From: Bipalium vagum
Taxonomy: Eukaryota
DNA: 33,736 nucleotides
Direction of reading: 5' to 3'
NCBI GenBank assembly: GCA_037834085.1
Contig: JBBMKC010223895.1
Span: 1 to 33,736, forward strand
Both the position numbers and the translations under genes were made by a program. This document shows, one piece after another, positions 12,078-24,650 of this stretch; the first letter of the stretch is position 1; the number at the start of each line of letters is the position of its first letter. A model generated the notes under the pieces. The model did not search any database. It saw only the letters and a list, made by a program, of their open reading frames with translations, and was not told the origin of the DNA.

Positions 12078-13155
12078 CAGTGAGTGTCAAAACTTCCCTT
12101 TAAAATGTTAAAATTTTAATTACAAAAACACTTTTTCAGTTTCTTATGATGTCCCTGGATATAAACAGCTAATTTTGGGTGATGTATATCAGTAACTCCA
12201 ATATAAAATGGCATTTATTTAAATAATTCAAATATTTTGTTCACACACTTTTATTATCACGTCCATTTCAAACGTTCTCTATCTGAACAAAGCTGTTAAT
12301 TATCCGAAAGGCAAACAATAAACCAATCATTCTTAAATGTATAAAAAATGATTTAGATCTAAAATTTTTAAAAGAAACCACTAGACGTGTTTTAAAGAAC
12401 TGTGAGATCATCCAGATTTTAAAAAATGCGAACTGTGTCCATCCGCATAAAGTGTGTTGCAAAGAAAAAAGCATAATGTAAAGTCCCTGGCAACTAAACC
12501 ATTCCCTGGCTTCTAATAAAAGCTGCAAAACATATTCATTACATGAAACTACTAAAATACTCCATTAATTCCAGCAAGGTAAGATAAAATATTTGTCTAC
12601 GCAACGATACATGAGTTAGAAAAGAGAGTGAGAAGAAACCTTTTCAGATGAAAAGAGATTCAATATGGATGGTCCAGGTTCTGCCCAATATTTTTTTTGG
12701 AATTTAAGAAAGGAAGACGTAGTTATGAATAGGAATCATAGGCGTAAGTAGTTTAATTATATCAGGGTAATTTCATATGAAAATGATAGTACAAGTGTAT
12801 ATATGCATTTGAAAAAAGGCATCCAGTTTATAAGAAAATATTTAGACAAAAGAACTGGAAGTATAAACATGACAAAGAACGTATTCAAACTGCATGAATA
12901 GTAAAGTTATTGATGCAAGAACAGAATTTTGAGATAATGGATTGGCCTCCTTACTCTCTGGACATAAACATTAAGGAAAGTGTTTGGGAATGGGTAGACC
13001 AAAAATCAGCTTGTAAATTGGTTTACAATTGGCCTAGGTCGTTAGACGTAGATTTTTGGCATGGCTCTTTCAAGAAATTTAAGAATCCAAGGTCATTAAT
13101 GTTTAAATCAAGAGATTTGGCAGGTTGATTCATAAAAAAGATTGTTGGATCAAGA
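12078..13155 (+). mobile_element. Tc3-like Tc1-family transposon relic
   Basis: FSDEKRFNMDGPGSAQYFFWNLRKE (cf. Tc3 FSDEKKFNLDGPDG..YYWRDLRKE) and EIMDWPPYSLDINIKESVW (WPxxSPDLNPIE.W). A CAGTG TIR-like start is at 12078. Confidence 0.82.
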
Positions 13156-13194
13156 TTGTCACCAAAATCATTTATTTTTTCCACATTGTTTTTA

Positions 13195-13930
13195 CCAAAA
13201 TGTGGACGGGCATTTTGTTGCAGATTGCAAGCATGATTTCATCATGCATCATTTCGCAAAAAGAGTCCGAGGTCATTGTTAAATTTACTTTGTATACTTC
13301 ACAATTTTTGTGATTTTTTGACGATCGCAGGGCTATGTAATCCGACTGAATTTTCAATATGCCAAGGAAACTGTAAACTTTTTTTTCTAATTCAATTTCG
13401 AAGGACAACACCAAGAACTTTTAAATGTAAAGAACCTTTATTTTGTGGATTTTATCTTGTTTATTACAGGAACTTTCTTTCTTGGGTTACTGTCACGATA
13501 CCTTTCGTGATTGAAAGAATGTAGCTGGAACCATTTTTCATCAATATTTACCCATGCGACCCATGTATTCTTCAGGTGATGTCGGCACTACTTCAGCCTT
13601 TTATCTTTCTGAACATTTATTATTAGAGGGCATATTTTCTTATGGAGCAATCTAAATTGTTCAGGTACAACAATTCTTTGCACGCTACTACTGGGGATTT
13701 GAGTCACATTTGAAATATCAGAGATGCTACTAGACCGGCGTTTACGAATGGTTGCTGACACCGCTGCTAGTCGCTCTTCAATAATTTTCAATATGTCTTC
13801 TAAATCTTTGATTCCTATCCAACGTATTACGTTCAACAAACAGATCCCGCCATTTTTTAGATTTTGTTGACATTGAAAGATTGGCATAAATCGTCGACCG
13901 TATCAAATTCGAGTTCCACCTTTTCCATTT
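13195..13930 (-). mobile_element. DD39D (plant-type mariner)-like transposase relic
   Basis: Minus strand shows HTH-like SISDISNVTQIPSSSVQR, then WVNIDEKWFQL, ALRSSKNHK...MTSDSFCEMMHDEIMLAI and QQNARPH, in the order of DD39D motifs. Confidence 0.65.
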
Positions 13931-14962
13931 TGACCAACAACTCATATTTATAATTCAATAATAATAAAAAATGTTATCCTCCGAAAGATTTGCCATTTCT
14001 AAATTCAAACAGATCTAATTATTTAAAACAATCCATTAACGTAAAAAATAGTCATTTATTAATTCCACTTTTTATGGCATGGAGTAAGAATAAATCTGGG
14101 ACAGGTTCTGAAACAAGTAAAGCATATTGATATATGTTTTATAAACTTTATATAAAATTATTATGTAAATTAAAATTATACTTAATTATAAATAATTATT
14201 TATTTTAGTGTTAAGCAGAAGTACCAAATTTAGCACCATTTTTTAAAATTTTTTATGTATTAAGATCGTTATTTTAAGTTCCAAAATTATTTATTATTCT
14301 CTACCGCTGTTATAAAATAGTGAAGTTTAACTCTAATTTTACTGTTGAAGAAACAGGTGGATTTCCAAAGGACGACATCAAGAACTTTTAAACGTAAAGA
14401 ACTTGTCTATATTCATGTGCCAGCTTTGATTATATTGTTATCGAATACAGAGACCACAAGATTAGTTCTTTACGAGATATATGTATTTCTCTGATTTTCA
14501 ACCTAAGCACTAAGTTCCAGCTGTATAACTTCTAATTTTAGAATAAATATCGATTCAGCACTTCAAAAACAAATAACCTTAAGTATATAAATTTCCTTAA
14601 ATGGCTATAAACAGGAACAATATTTTTTAAATATACGAGATTAACCCTTTAACAAAAAGATATTAAAGATAAATTACCAATAAAATGTCCTATGTGAAAG
14701 AGTGAGAATAGTTCACATGTGTAACTTTTGAGATACAAATAATATATATTTATACTAAAATATTATATAAATTATTGCTACCCTTAATAAATTTTTGAAT
14801 TTTAAAAAATATTGTTATTTTTATTATTTTTATCATTACTATTATTATTTTAATAAAATTTATTAAAATTAAAATTATTTGATTATATTTTTAATTTAAA
14901 TTCTAATATCGTAACTAATTATTTGTCATGATAAGAACTAAATAAGAATTCAATATTAATAC

Positions 14963-15229
14963 CACTAATAAGGGAATCATAAATCCAATGATTAGAACGA
15001 ATTTAAATGGAACTGAATCCGGCTTATAAGGATAACGAATACTTTCATCATTGCAATAAAACCCTCGGTTGTACGGTTTAGCATAAACATATAAAAGAGA
15101 TGTTGGAATGAAAACTGAATAAATGATAATGTATTTGAGTACGATTGATTCAAAAGACATACGTGAAAGCAAGAGACTTAAATGTATAATGAAAATAAGC
15201 ACTGGATGAATATTGAGAGGAAAACCAAT
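14963..15229 (-). CDS. PAP2/LPP (wunen/PLPP-like) lipid phosphate phosphatase exon 2
   Basis: Encodes ...KPYNRGFYCNDESIRYPYKPDSVP...IPLLV, containing the LPP-family GFxCxDxSIxYPY motif. Acceptor tttag, donor gtatta, 267 nt (phase 0). Confidence 0.9.
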
Positions 15230-15296
15230 CTAAAATTACATAACTCGAATATAATTTTTGAATTTTATTTATTATTGATTATAAAAAATTAACTAC

Positions 15297-15299
15297 CAT
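15297..15299 (-). CDS. PAP2/LPP phosphatase, putative coding exon 1 (ATG only)
   Basis: Minus strand reads ATG|gtagtt. A 67-nt intron (15230-15296) ends tttag and joins in phase 0 to the open frame of exon 2. An alternative in-frame start is the ATG at 15160-15158. Confidence 0.5.
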
Positions 15300-16057
15300 G
15301 AATTTTGATTTGAATTGACAAGATTTTTTTAAGTTTAAAAAAATACCGAGTTTAAATGTTTAATGTTAAGTATATTAAAACAAAGACACAATTCAATAAT
15401 TATTCTTTTTTTTATTATAACTTTATTGAAAGGTAATTTTAAAAGGAAAAGGGTAAATTTTAAAATTTTATTTTAATAAATCAAAACTGTAACAATTATA
15501 AATTGCAATTTATTTATTTTAATGAAATAATAAAATATTTGTCTAACTTTTATGATTTTAATATATAAGTTACTCCAAAAAAAGAAACTCATAAAAATAC
15601 ACATTTCTTACATAGGTAACTTAACACAAAATTGATATAAAACACAAAAGTATTCATATGAGCGAAAGGTTTTGAAAAATCTTAAAATATAAAAATTAAT
15701 ATTTAAAGTCAATTAAATAAATAATCAATATTAAATCAATAAAAATTTAATTAATTATTTTAATAAGATAATTTTCATGAATTTTTTCTTTCCTATGATA
15801 ATTACTTTTTACAATTTATTTATTTATTTTTAGTCTTTAATAAAGATAAATAGTGGGAAAATGAATAAACGAAAATCAATATTCAATCAAAATAAAAGAT
15901 AAAATCGGAAATTGAAAAAAAAATATGTAACACCCAACTCAGCAATTTTCATTCCCATGTTTGTCAGACGACGATTGAGCATGCTTGATGTAATATAGCC
16001 TTACAGCTCATATTGTGTTCTTCTTTAACTTTAAAGACGTTGCAGTTTACCACGATC

Positions 16058-16500
16058 TACAGTCGTGGCCATAATTCATCGGTCACCTTCAATTTTATGA
16101 AATGGTTTAGAAAATGAATTTCGTTACAAAAATTTTTTTGCATAAGTTGATATATAAATGTGATAACATTAATATTTAGTGTATTTACCCTTTGTCACAA
16201 GAACTGCAACCAACCTGTTAGGCATAGAATCAATCAATTTTGAGCAATAGTTCATGGTAATTTTGTGAACCCACCAAGTGTTATTATTTCAATTAAATGT
16301 AGGTATGCGAAAAATTATGCGATCAGACTTTTTTTTCAGAACATTCCAACAGTTCTTAATGAGCAATAGATCAATAAAGTCTCCTGGTCATGGATCCAGG
16401 AAATTAATGTTATTATTAATAAGCCAAGTTTTATTGGTGCACAGCGCTCCATCATGTTTGAAATTATCCAAATTTTAATTGCAAGAAACAGTTTAACTTG
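16058..16500 (-). mobile_element. Tc1 (DD34E) relic, 3' end with TIR
   Basis: Minus strand FKHDGALC...NNINFLDP*PG...IKNCW...CSKLIDSMPNRLVAVLVTKGKYTKY*. TA + CAGTCGTGGCCA Tc1-type terminus at 16058-16071. Confidence 0.85.
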
Positions 16501-17859
16501 TTCTTCTAGTATCGTTTTATAGACAGTTACATTGTCAGATTTTTTTGGGAGGAAGAAACCAGAGTTTACAGGATTAGGAGTAAATAAATGACAGGATAGC
16601 CGATGAATAATGATCACTACTGTATTTAATTTGTTTCATAATCTTCATTTCTGAATCGGTAAAATCAATCCTAACATGCCAGAGCAAAAGGAATAAAAAA
16701 TATATAATTGTTTTAATGGAAACATAAATTTTACAGTTTTTTGTAAATCCGGAATCATAATTTAATTAAGTTTTTTAAACTTATAATGATTTATTTGATA
16801 CACAACATTATTTTACCTCATAAAAATATAGTTTCTTTTCAATTTAGTTGATTTCAGATATTCTACTTCTGGATTGATTGGTTCCGCTTTTGAAGTTTAA
16901 TATTTTTTTCATTCTATCTCGCATTCACCGGGTCAGGCTAACATGGAGATATACTTATTTTTAAACTATAATTTAGTTAGTGATTATAATTAGTAACTTT
17001 ATGTTAATATTTAATTATGAACTATATACTTTTCGTCCATTTATTGTTATGGGAATTTAATATCATGACATCTTTTTATTTCATTTTCATTGATCTATAA
17101 TAAAATTCATTGGAACTTTAATAGGTAATAATAGTAAAATAAAATTAATAAATAAACAAAACAAAAGATTTACGTGGTGTGGATAAAGTCTTTAGACTCG
17201 TATGGAAATATAATTAAGAATTTCATGAAATTTTAAAAATAATTAAATTAATATACAGTCTGATACATAAAATTTTCCAGTACAAAAAATTCAACACTAT
17301 TTCAATTAAATAAATTTGTTTATACATATCAGATTATTTATAGTTGTCAATTCTAATTTAAAGTTTTGTAATTTATTTTGCTAAACTATGTAAGTGTTTA
17401 TTGCTTTTTAATTCAGCTAGAATATTATTTAAGTTTAATTTCCAGTATATTCGTCAAATTATGCGTGGTTTCGGTTTAACGTCTTTTGACTAAGGATAGA
17501 TTATTATTAGATTATTATTAGACATATGAACAGATAGCTAGTACTCTTGACACTGTCTGCTGTCAGTAAATATTGCCAGCGAAACATCAATAATGATCTG
17601 CCACATGAAGTAAACCGTATCAAAAGTAAGAGACCGTAAAAAGCAGATAGATTGTCAAACAACATCCGATCAAAGGAACTCAGCAAGAAGCATCACACTT
17701 GTCTGCAATCCAAAAAGTATCATATGGAACGATCAATCACTGCTTGAAGGATATTGGTTTTCTTTCTTTTTCTCTAGCACACCTTCCTTTCAAATGCTCA
17801 CAAAGCATCGCATATATAGATAAATATTATTATATTTGTTTTAAGTGGTAAGCTGCTGT

Positions 17860-18810
17860 TGACATTAAGTACGAATTTTTGGAAAAAAAATTATCATCAA
17901 GTGAAATTCAAAAACTTCATACGGTTTTTGCTGTTGAAGAAGACAAAAAAGAATGAAATTATTTCTCAACTGAAAAACGCATATGGAAATAAAGCACCAT
18001 ACAGGACAATTGGGTCAGAAAGTTTTCCTGTGGTAAGAACAGGTTTTTGATGAAGACAAAAGTGGATAACCTACAGTAATTGGAAAACAAAATTAGAAAA
18101 ATTGAAGATAATCGTCAAAGAAGAGAGGTGAATTACTCAGATAGAGCTTTCAATTAAACTTAATTTAAACAAGAAAACTGTGCAGAACATACTAGAAAGT
18201 ACTAGAGTCAGAAAATTATGTAGCAGATTTGTCCCATGTATATCAAGAAAATCTGGACCTATTTCATTCTCTTGGACAGAGCTTTTTGAAGAATATTGTT
18301 ACATTCCATACAGTAGGCGTGAGTCTCGGGTATTTCCTGAGAAGAAGGCACCAAACATACTTCAGGGACATCTCACCGGAAATGACTGACTCTGTATTCT
18401 GGGATACAAAAGGTTTGATCAAAATTGACTTTGTCCAAGGAAACATCGACTTTGCACTGCTTAGTAATCTGAGAAATCTGGGATGGAAGCCACAGAACCA
18501 AGACCTATTTCTCTTCATGGCTAATGCTCCAGTTCATACAGCTAAACGAACTGCGGATGTGATATGGGAAAAAGGCTTTGTGCTAGCTTCAAAACCACCT
18601 TATAGGCCTGATTTTGATCCCAGTGATTTTTCTTGTTTCATCACTTAAAGAAGCATTTAGAAAATTGAGTCTAAAGATGATCATATACAAAAATAGTTTA
18701 AGATTTTTTAAGTGAAAAGCCTATTACTTTCTTCGAAACTGATCTTTTCTGTGATAAATCGATGGACAAAATGCCTGGAAGCAGAAGGTGGTTATATAGA
18801 AAAGTGATTA
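17860..18810 (+). mobile_element. mariner relic, copy B (near full-length transposase, disrupted)
   Basis: QLKNAYGNKAP, KLCSRFVP, SVFWDTKGLI, MANAPVH, PPYRPDFDPSDF and RWTKCLEAEGGYIEK*. Confidence 0.9.
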
Positions 18811-19040
18811 AGTTTATTTACCTATGTAGTTGGCTTGTCCTAAATACAAATTTTCATTTCGGTAGCGTATTTATTTATGTACAAGTCAAAGTGCTTTTTA
18901 TTCACACCACATATTTTTAGAATATTAATCTTCTAATAGTTTTATAAGGAGATTTACAAAGCAATATTTATCAAATTAGCAAAAAGTACATGAGGATCAC
19001 ATAAAGAATTGGTATAGAGATTTTCATGTACTTTTTCTAA

Positions 19041-20153
19041 TAGGAGGGGCAGTCGTAAATTTGGCAATGGAGAATATGGAAAGATTTAGTAAAAAAATTA
19101 ATCATAAAATACGTTATTTTAATACTATATTACTTTTATCCAATAATAAAAATCGCATTTGTTTAAACAAATATTTACATTTAAATATGAATTTATCAAT
19201 GGAAAACTTTTGAGCAATGATTTTTATTTGATTTCCAGTGCGGACTGACAAAGCATAAATTTAGTATTTCCTGATGATGCTCTATTAAAAACTACAGTGT
19301 ATCGATGGTTTCACGAATTTAAGTCTGGACGCGTCTCTTTGAGTGATGATTTCGGAGAAGTGTATCCAATGAAAACATTGAAGTTGTTCAGATATTAATT
19401 GGAGAAAATCTTCGAGCAAAATATGATGAAATTCAGACATCTCGAACTGCATGAATATTTTGGTGTCACATAGCAGCTATGTTCTCGTTGAATACCACAT
19501 AACCTTGCAATTGATCAAAAACAAGGTAGCGTTAATTGGTCCAAACCTATGATTGATAAATTTAAGCAAGCAACCTCAAAATATGACATCGTCAATGGCG
19601 ATGAATCATGCATATACTGATGAACTCGAAACAAAGCAACAGTCAAGTGTTTGGGTGTTTCAGTGAGAAAAAATACCAAGGAAATTTGTTCGATCTTCGT
19701 CACATAGTTACTTCAAATTGGTTTTGGCTTGTCTGAAGTCCTCAAAGAATGGAAAAAAACATCTCGAAACCCTACATTATGCTTCATCATGTTAATGCCA
19801 CTCCTCATACAGCCCATAAAAAAATCTATTTTTTGAGAACTCAAAAAGTTGAATTATTAAACCAATCGACTCAGTCTTGATTTGATACCAAATGACTTCT
19901 TAACTTTTGTTTCTATAAAAGAATTGCATAGACTACAGTTTCCATATCCCGAACAAGCTGTAGAAGCATTCAAATCACATGTTTTGTACATACCGACTTC
20001 GTATTGGAATAAATGTTTCAATGATTGGTTTGACAGAATGTAAAATTGTATAGATTGTAACGGTGAATACTACGAAAAACAATGATGTTAATTATTATAA
20101 TAAATATATACTGTTTGTATGTCATTCCAGAAACTTTTTGACTGACCTACGTA
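19041..20153 (+). mobile_element. mariner relic with both (degenerate) TIRs
   Basis: TTVYRWFHEFKSGRVSLSDD, LCSR*IPH, IVNGDES, LHHVNATPHTA and WNKCFNDWFDRM*NCIDCNGEYYEKQ*. The ends taggaggggcagtcgtaaattt and (rc) tacgtaggtcagtcaaaaagttt are imperfect inverted repeats. Confidence 0.9.
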
Positions 20154-21917
20154 TTAATTATTTTTATTTTTCTGGGCTTAGTTGATCTTTTTAGTTCGCT
20201 TCTCAGTTATTCTCAGTAAAGTTATAATATATATCCGTTTGTTCTAAAGAATTTTTTTCTATTTTTTAACCATTGTCTTTTAGACGTTTTATTGGCTCTA
20301 ATGCAGGTTATCACGCACGTCAGTGTCAGATTTCCTCTTTCATCACTATGGATCCTAGTAGTGTAAAATTTTTCTCTCAAAAGGGTCTTATCGATTTTAC
20401 GATGAAAGTGTCGTTTGAATAGTTCCATGTTCGGCCGAATTTAGTATTGGCACCATCTATTACATTTTTAGAGTGGTGTTTGCTTTTCTCAAAATTTTAC
20501 TTTAAGAGAAATTTAACATCTTCCAAAAATTAGCCATTCCCAAGACTTGATGATCGTTTGTATTTATTCGATGAAGGTAAATCAAATATTTTGAATGAAC
20601 AAATATTTCTCTTTTCATAAAATTTACTTGAATGGATTACATTCAGTCAAATGTCATTTTATTTAAGCCATTATAACAGTTTCTATAGCCTAAGGTTTTC
20701 TTTCGGTTGATCACTGACTTAACCTATATTTCTTTTAAAATTCTGTTATAAAAAAAATCAAAAAACCGATTAATTTGATTTGGTATCGTGTTGAAATTAA
20801 ATTTAAACGATATCTCACTGACATTTTCCAATAAAAATAAATAAAATTTTGTCAAACCTTTTTTAATTTAATTTGTTAAAAATTTAATAAAATTCGGAAA
20901 ATAAAACTTCCAAATAGTTTATCATTAATTTTATCAAAAATTATAAATAGTCTTCCTAAATTATCTCTATTTAATGGAAAGAAAACAAATATCTGTTCAC
21001 CCTACAATAAAGAATTTCAATAGAATTGTGGAAATGTTGAGTGGAAGAAGTTGCTCATGGAAACCCAAAGAGAAATATTCTACCAATTGTACTGCCCACA
21101 GACTGAGTCATAGTGATAATGGCAATTGATTGGCAGGCCCATTTGGCATGACCCCGGAGAGGTCACAGTCTTCATTGCTCACAGATTTTTGATTAGACAA
21201 TAGAGATTAGATTCAATTATTTTAGACATTTTGTTTCTCCTTAACAAAAAATATAAAATAGTGAAGAAATCATTTAAAAATCACTTATTTCGTCTGACTT
21301 TTTGAAGACAGTTATACAGGCAGTAGTTCGTATAACAAGTAAACATTATTTTATTATTTTCTGTATTTTTTGTAATATTTTTCGTTTGTTTTACATGCGG
21401 TTTTTCCAATGAACAGAAAATTGGAAATTTTAATGATTTTTTAAATAAATTATTGAATTTATTTTAACAAATGAAATTATATTTTTTATTTTTGTTTTAT
21501 TTTTAATTACGCGTTGACAAAGTTATTTTTTTTATTAATTATTTATCACAAATTTTTCTTTCCAGGCAAAATTTAAACAAACAAACAATCGGAATTTTTC
21601 TTAATTAATTAATTAAAGATAATTTATTTATTAATTACCATTATGGTACAATTAATAAATAAATTGAAAGAATAGTAGATTGTCTAATTTATTAAAGTTT
21701 TCTTTCAGAAAATCTTTGAAGAAAAAAACATGTTACGATGATAAAAAGTTACAATATAATTCATTTGTTACAAATTATATTTTATTGTTATATTTGAAGA
21801 TTATAAATATGGAATGAATTTCATGCAATATTAATATAATACAGTATATTGATAAAAAATATTATTTTATTATTTTATTTATTATTTTATTTTCATTAAT
21901 ATCATATTTTTTTTAGA

Positions 21918-22112
21918 ATGAAAGGCATTTTGGTTCTAATCGTTATTAGTTTGTTGATATTTTCTGTGAAATCTATTAGTCTCAAAATGATGAATGGTGA
22001 AATAGGAAGAGACGATTCAGATCTTGGAGTACAAAGCTATTATCAAATTTCTAAGAAATTTATTAGAAGTCTACCAGATCAGTTTGGCGTGGATATCGAA
22101 ATTGAAGAATAA
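21918..22112 (+). CDS. Small secreted protein / putative peptide precursor (64 aa)
   Basis: MK + hydrophobic core (GILVLIVISLLIFS) + VKS cleavage-like site. The ATG lies 1 nt after a strong polypyrimidine acceptor (ttttttttag). The mature part is hydrophilic with GR and KK/KxxR sites. Confidence 0.6.
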   Translation: MKGILVLIVISLLIFSVKSISLKMMNGEIGRDDSDLGVQSYYQISKKFIRSLPDQFGVDIEIEE

Positions 22113-23509
22113 GAATAGGTACCATTGCTGTAGAACAATATCATGCCAAATATATTTCATGAATATCTGCATTAGAACATTATTTATTTCACAGAATTTT
22201 AGATTGTTTATTAAGTAATCTTTCATGGTACACGCTTTATATTTTTGAAGTCATTGTCATTAATATATATAAATATATTGCGAAATCTTTTTATTTTTTT
22301 TTATTTTTAAGCATTAGGTGCTTGACTCTATTTTTTGATGGAATAATATTAAAATATTCTATTACGGCTCGTACATTAATATTTTATGAGAACCTCTGGC
22401 AGAAGGATCCTTTTTTATTTAACACAACTTCTTTTTGAATCTTTTATATTTTAATAATGATAAGCCCTTTTTATTAATCTATTAAATGAAAAAAAATATT
22501 GGAAATCTGAAAAATCAGATTAAAAAACAATTAGAATTATTTTTCAATCTTGATTTTTATTACTTTTTCTTATTGACTTTTGCAGCAGTGACTGTTTAAT
22601 TTGAGCCGGAAAGAATATTTCTGTGGGTGTCTAATATTAAAAGTAAATATCTTATTTAGACTGGCAGTTTTGATTTCTTGAATATTTTACTCTAAAATAG
22701 CAATTAATAGTTACCATTCATGTAATATAATACTTTTTCTGTTGGAATATGATGTACCGACCACTTGAAATTTTTAATTGCCTGGTTTTCTTCCACTCTG
22801 TTTTTTGCCTGTCCTAAATGTTGTTTTTCTTTTTTGGTCAAAAATTCTAAAATATCAGTTCCAATACTCCCCCTACCTTTGATTTAACGTGGTATGTACT
22901 TGAGAAATAACACATCTGCAATATTTCGATTTTACACAGAATGTTTGTATTTATATGTACAATGTCTTTCATTCATTTTAGATTTATGCCTATGCTATTA
23001 AGATAATTGGTCCATGTTTGAACAGATCATTTTTCGTTGTAATCATGAAGATGACTACGTAGTGATATAAATACAAAGTCCCATATTTAATGATTAAAAT
23101 GATTTCAAAAGTAATAACAGATAAAAATTCTTTTCATTTGATTCTAGTAATCTTTTTAGAGTACAAAATGTGACCTTTTCTTCGTCATTTGAATATATTT
23201 TGCATGAAACCCAAGGATTAAAATTTTATTCATATCTTAAAATTCTCAATGATTGAAATTTTTTATTTTTTAGAAAAAAATATCAATATATTATTGTTAA
23301 GTACCCGGATCTAGAAATCCTAATACAAGAAAATCGATATGAAATATATAGGTTGTTACTAAGAAAATTTGTAACTGTTAAGTGTATACATAAATTTTAA
23401 ACTCTCATTTTTACAACTGCATAATATAATTTAATCTTTGTTTAATTACATCGAAAAATCCAAAGGTAATTTAATTTTAGTTATTTATAAAATACTCTTT
23501 ACAAAATTA

Positions 23510-24650
23510 GAATGCATTATGGCACTTACAACATTGCATTCGTTATCTGTTCCAACAATGAAAAATGTCTGCAAATCAATATATTCCATTTTGGTGAAGG
23601 AGCTTTATGTCATAGCACTTGTAACTATTCATTTAAGCTGGTTAAGGATGGTAATTTTGATGTGAACGACTGAGATTATCCTGCTGCACTCTGAAAAATG
23701 GAAACAAAATGATTGGAAGCGAGTAGATTACATGACATTGGAAAAGTAGTGAAGCTTGGAAAATAGGTACCAAACCATCTTTCTAAAATCAAAATTGGTA
23801 CAGTACATGTACTTCTCTACTTGCAAAGTAGCAAAAAAGAGTTGTTTGTAGAAAGTTATCATTGGTGACGAAAAGTTAATTCAATACAAGAATCCTAAGC
23901 ATATACATTCCTGGGTTAGTCCCTGAGAGCCATCCAATTTCACAGGAAAGAAAAAAAATCAAAAACCACAAAGTTCTCTGTATATTGTTAGATTTGAAAA
24001 GTTTACTCAATTAAGATGTGCTAAAATAGTACCAAAAAATAATAACAACGCATTAGAGTATAGAAATTGCGAAATAAAGGCCATTAACACAGGAAATTAT
24101 TTTCAAGTTAAGCTTAGATATTCTTCCGCACCAGATTTGGCTCCTTCAGATTTTTATCTGTTGAGGTCTATAAGAAGTGGTTCGAACCATTAGCTTGGAA
24201 GAAGGTTTTTAAATAAGGACCTCACACCTAAATTAACGATTATATTTAAAGCTTTAAAAAATTTTATAAGTTACAGTATCGTCAGGGTTATTAGATATTT
24301 TTAGTTAAAATGTTAATGTAAACATTCTACATAAAAAATACCATAATGAATGTTGATAAATTTTTGTAAAGTGAATTATTTAATTAAAAAAATGGAGGTT
24401 CATTTTTGAAAAATTTGTTTAAATAATCTGATTTGTTGAATATTGCTTTGGTCTCATCTTATTAAAGATGAGTCAATAATATAACCAGTTCAATGCAAAA
24501 TTCCTTGTTTGAACAGAATTTTCGAGATTTAACCGATATCAGAAAATTCACTGATGATTTATTGCCTTCAAACCAATACACTATACCAGAATATACCAGC
24601 TTCCTTACCGATCGTAGAAAGTCATAGATAACAATGGAAAACATAACGTT
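23510..24650 (+). mobile_element. mariner relic (fragmented)
   Basis: FGEGAL, KDGNFDVND, RLHDIGKVVKLGK*VP, IIGDEKLIQYKNP..HSWVSP and PDLAPSDFYLLRS. A C-terminal piece SMQNSLFEQNF...KVIDNNG is at ~24480-24650 and may be a separate copy. Confidence 0.8.

Noticed and set aside
20222-20428. Possible LTR-retrotransposon gag fragment
   Set aside because: No diagnostic motif, LTR or pol sequence nearby.
22024-22218. Overlapping frame with HCCRTISCQIYFMNIC, reminiscent of an insulin A chain
   Set aside because: Spacing is CC-x4-C-x7-C, there are no B-chain cysteines, and it is out of frame with the signal peptide. The only nearby GT..AG (24 nt) preserves the original frame.
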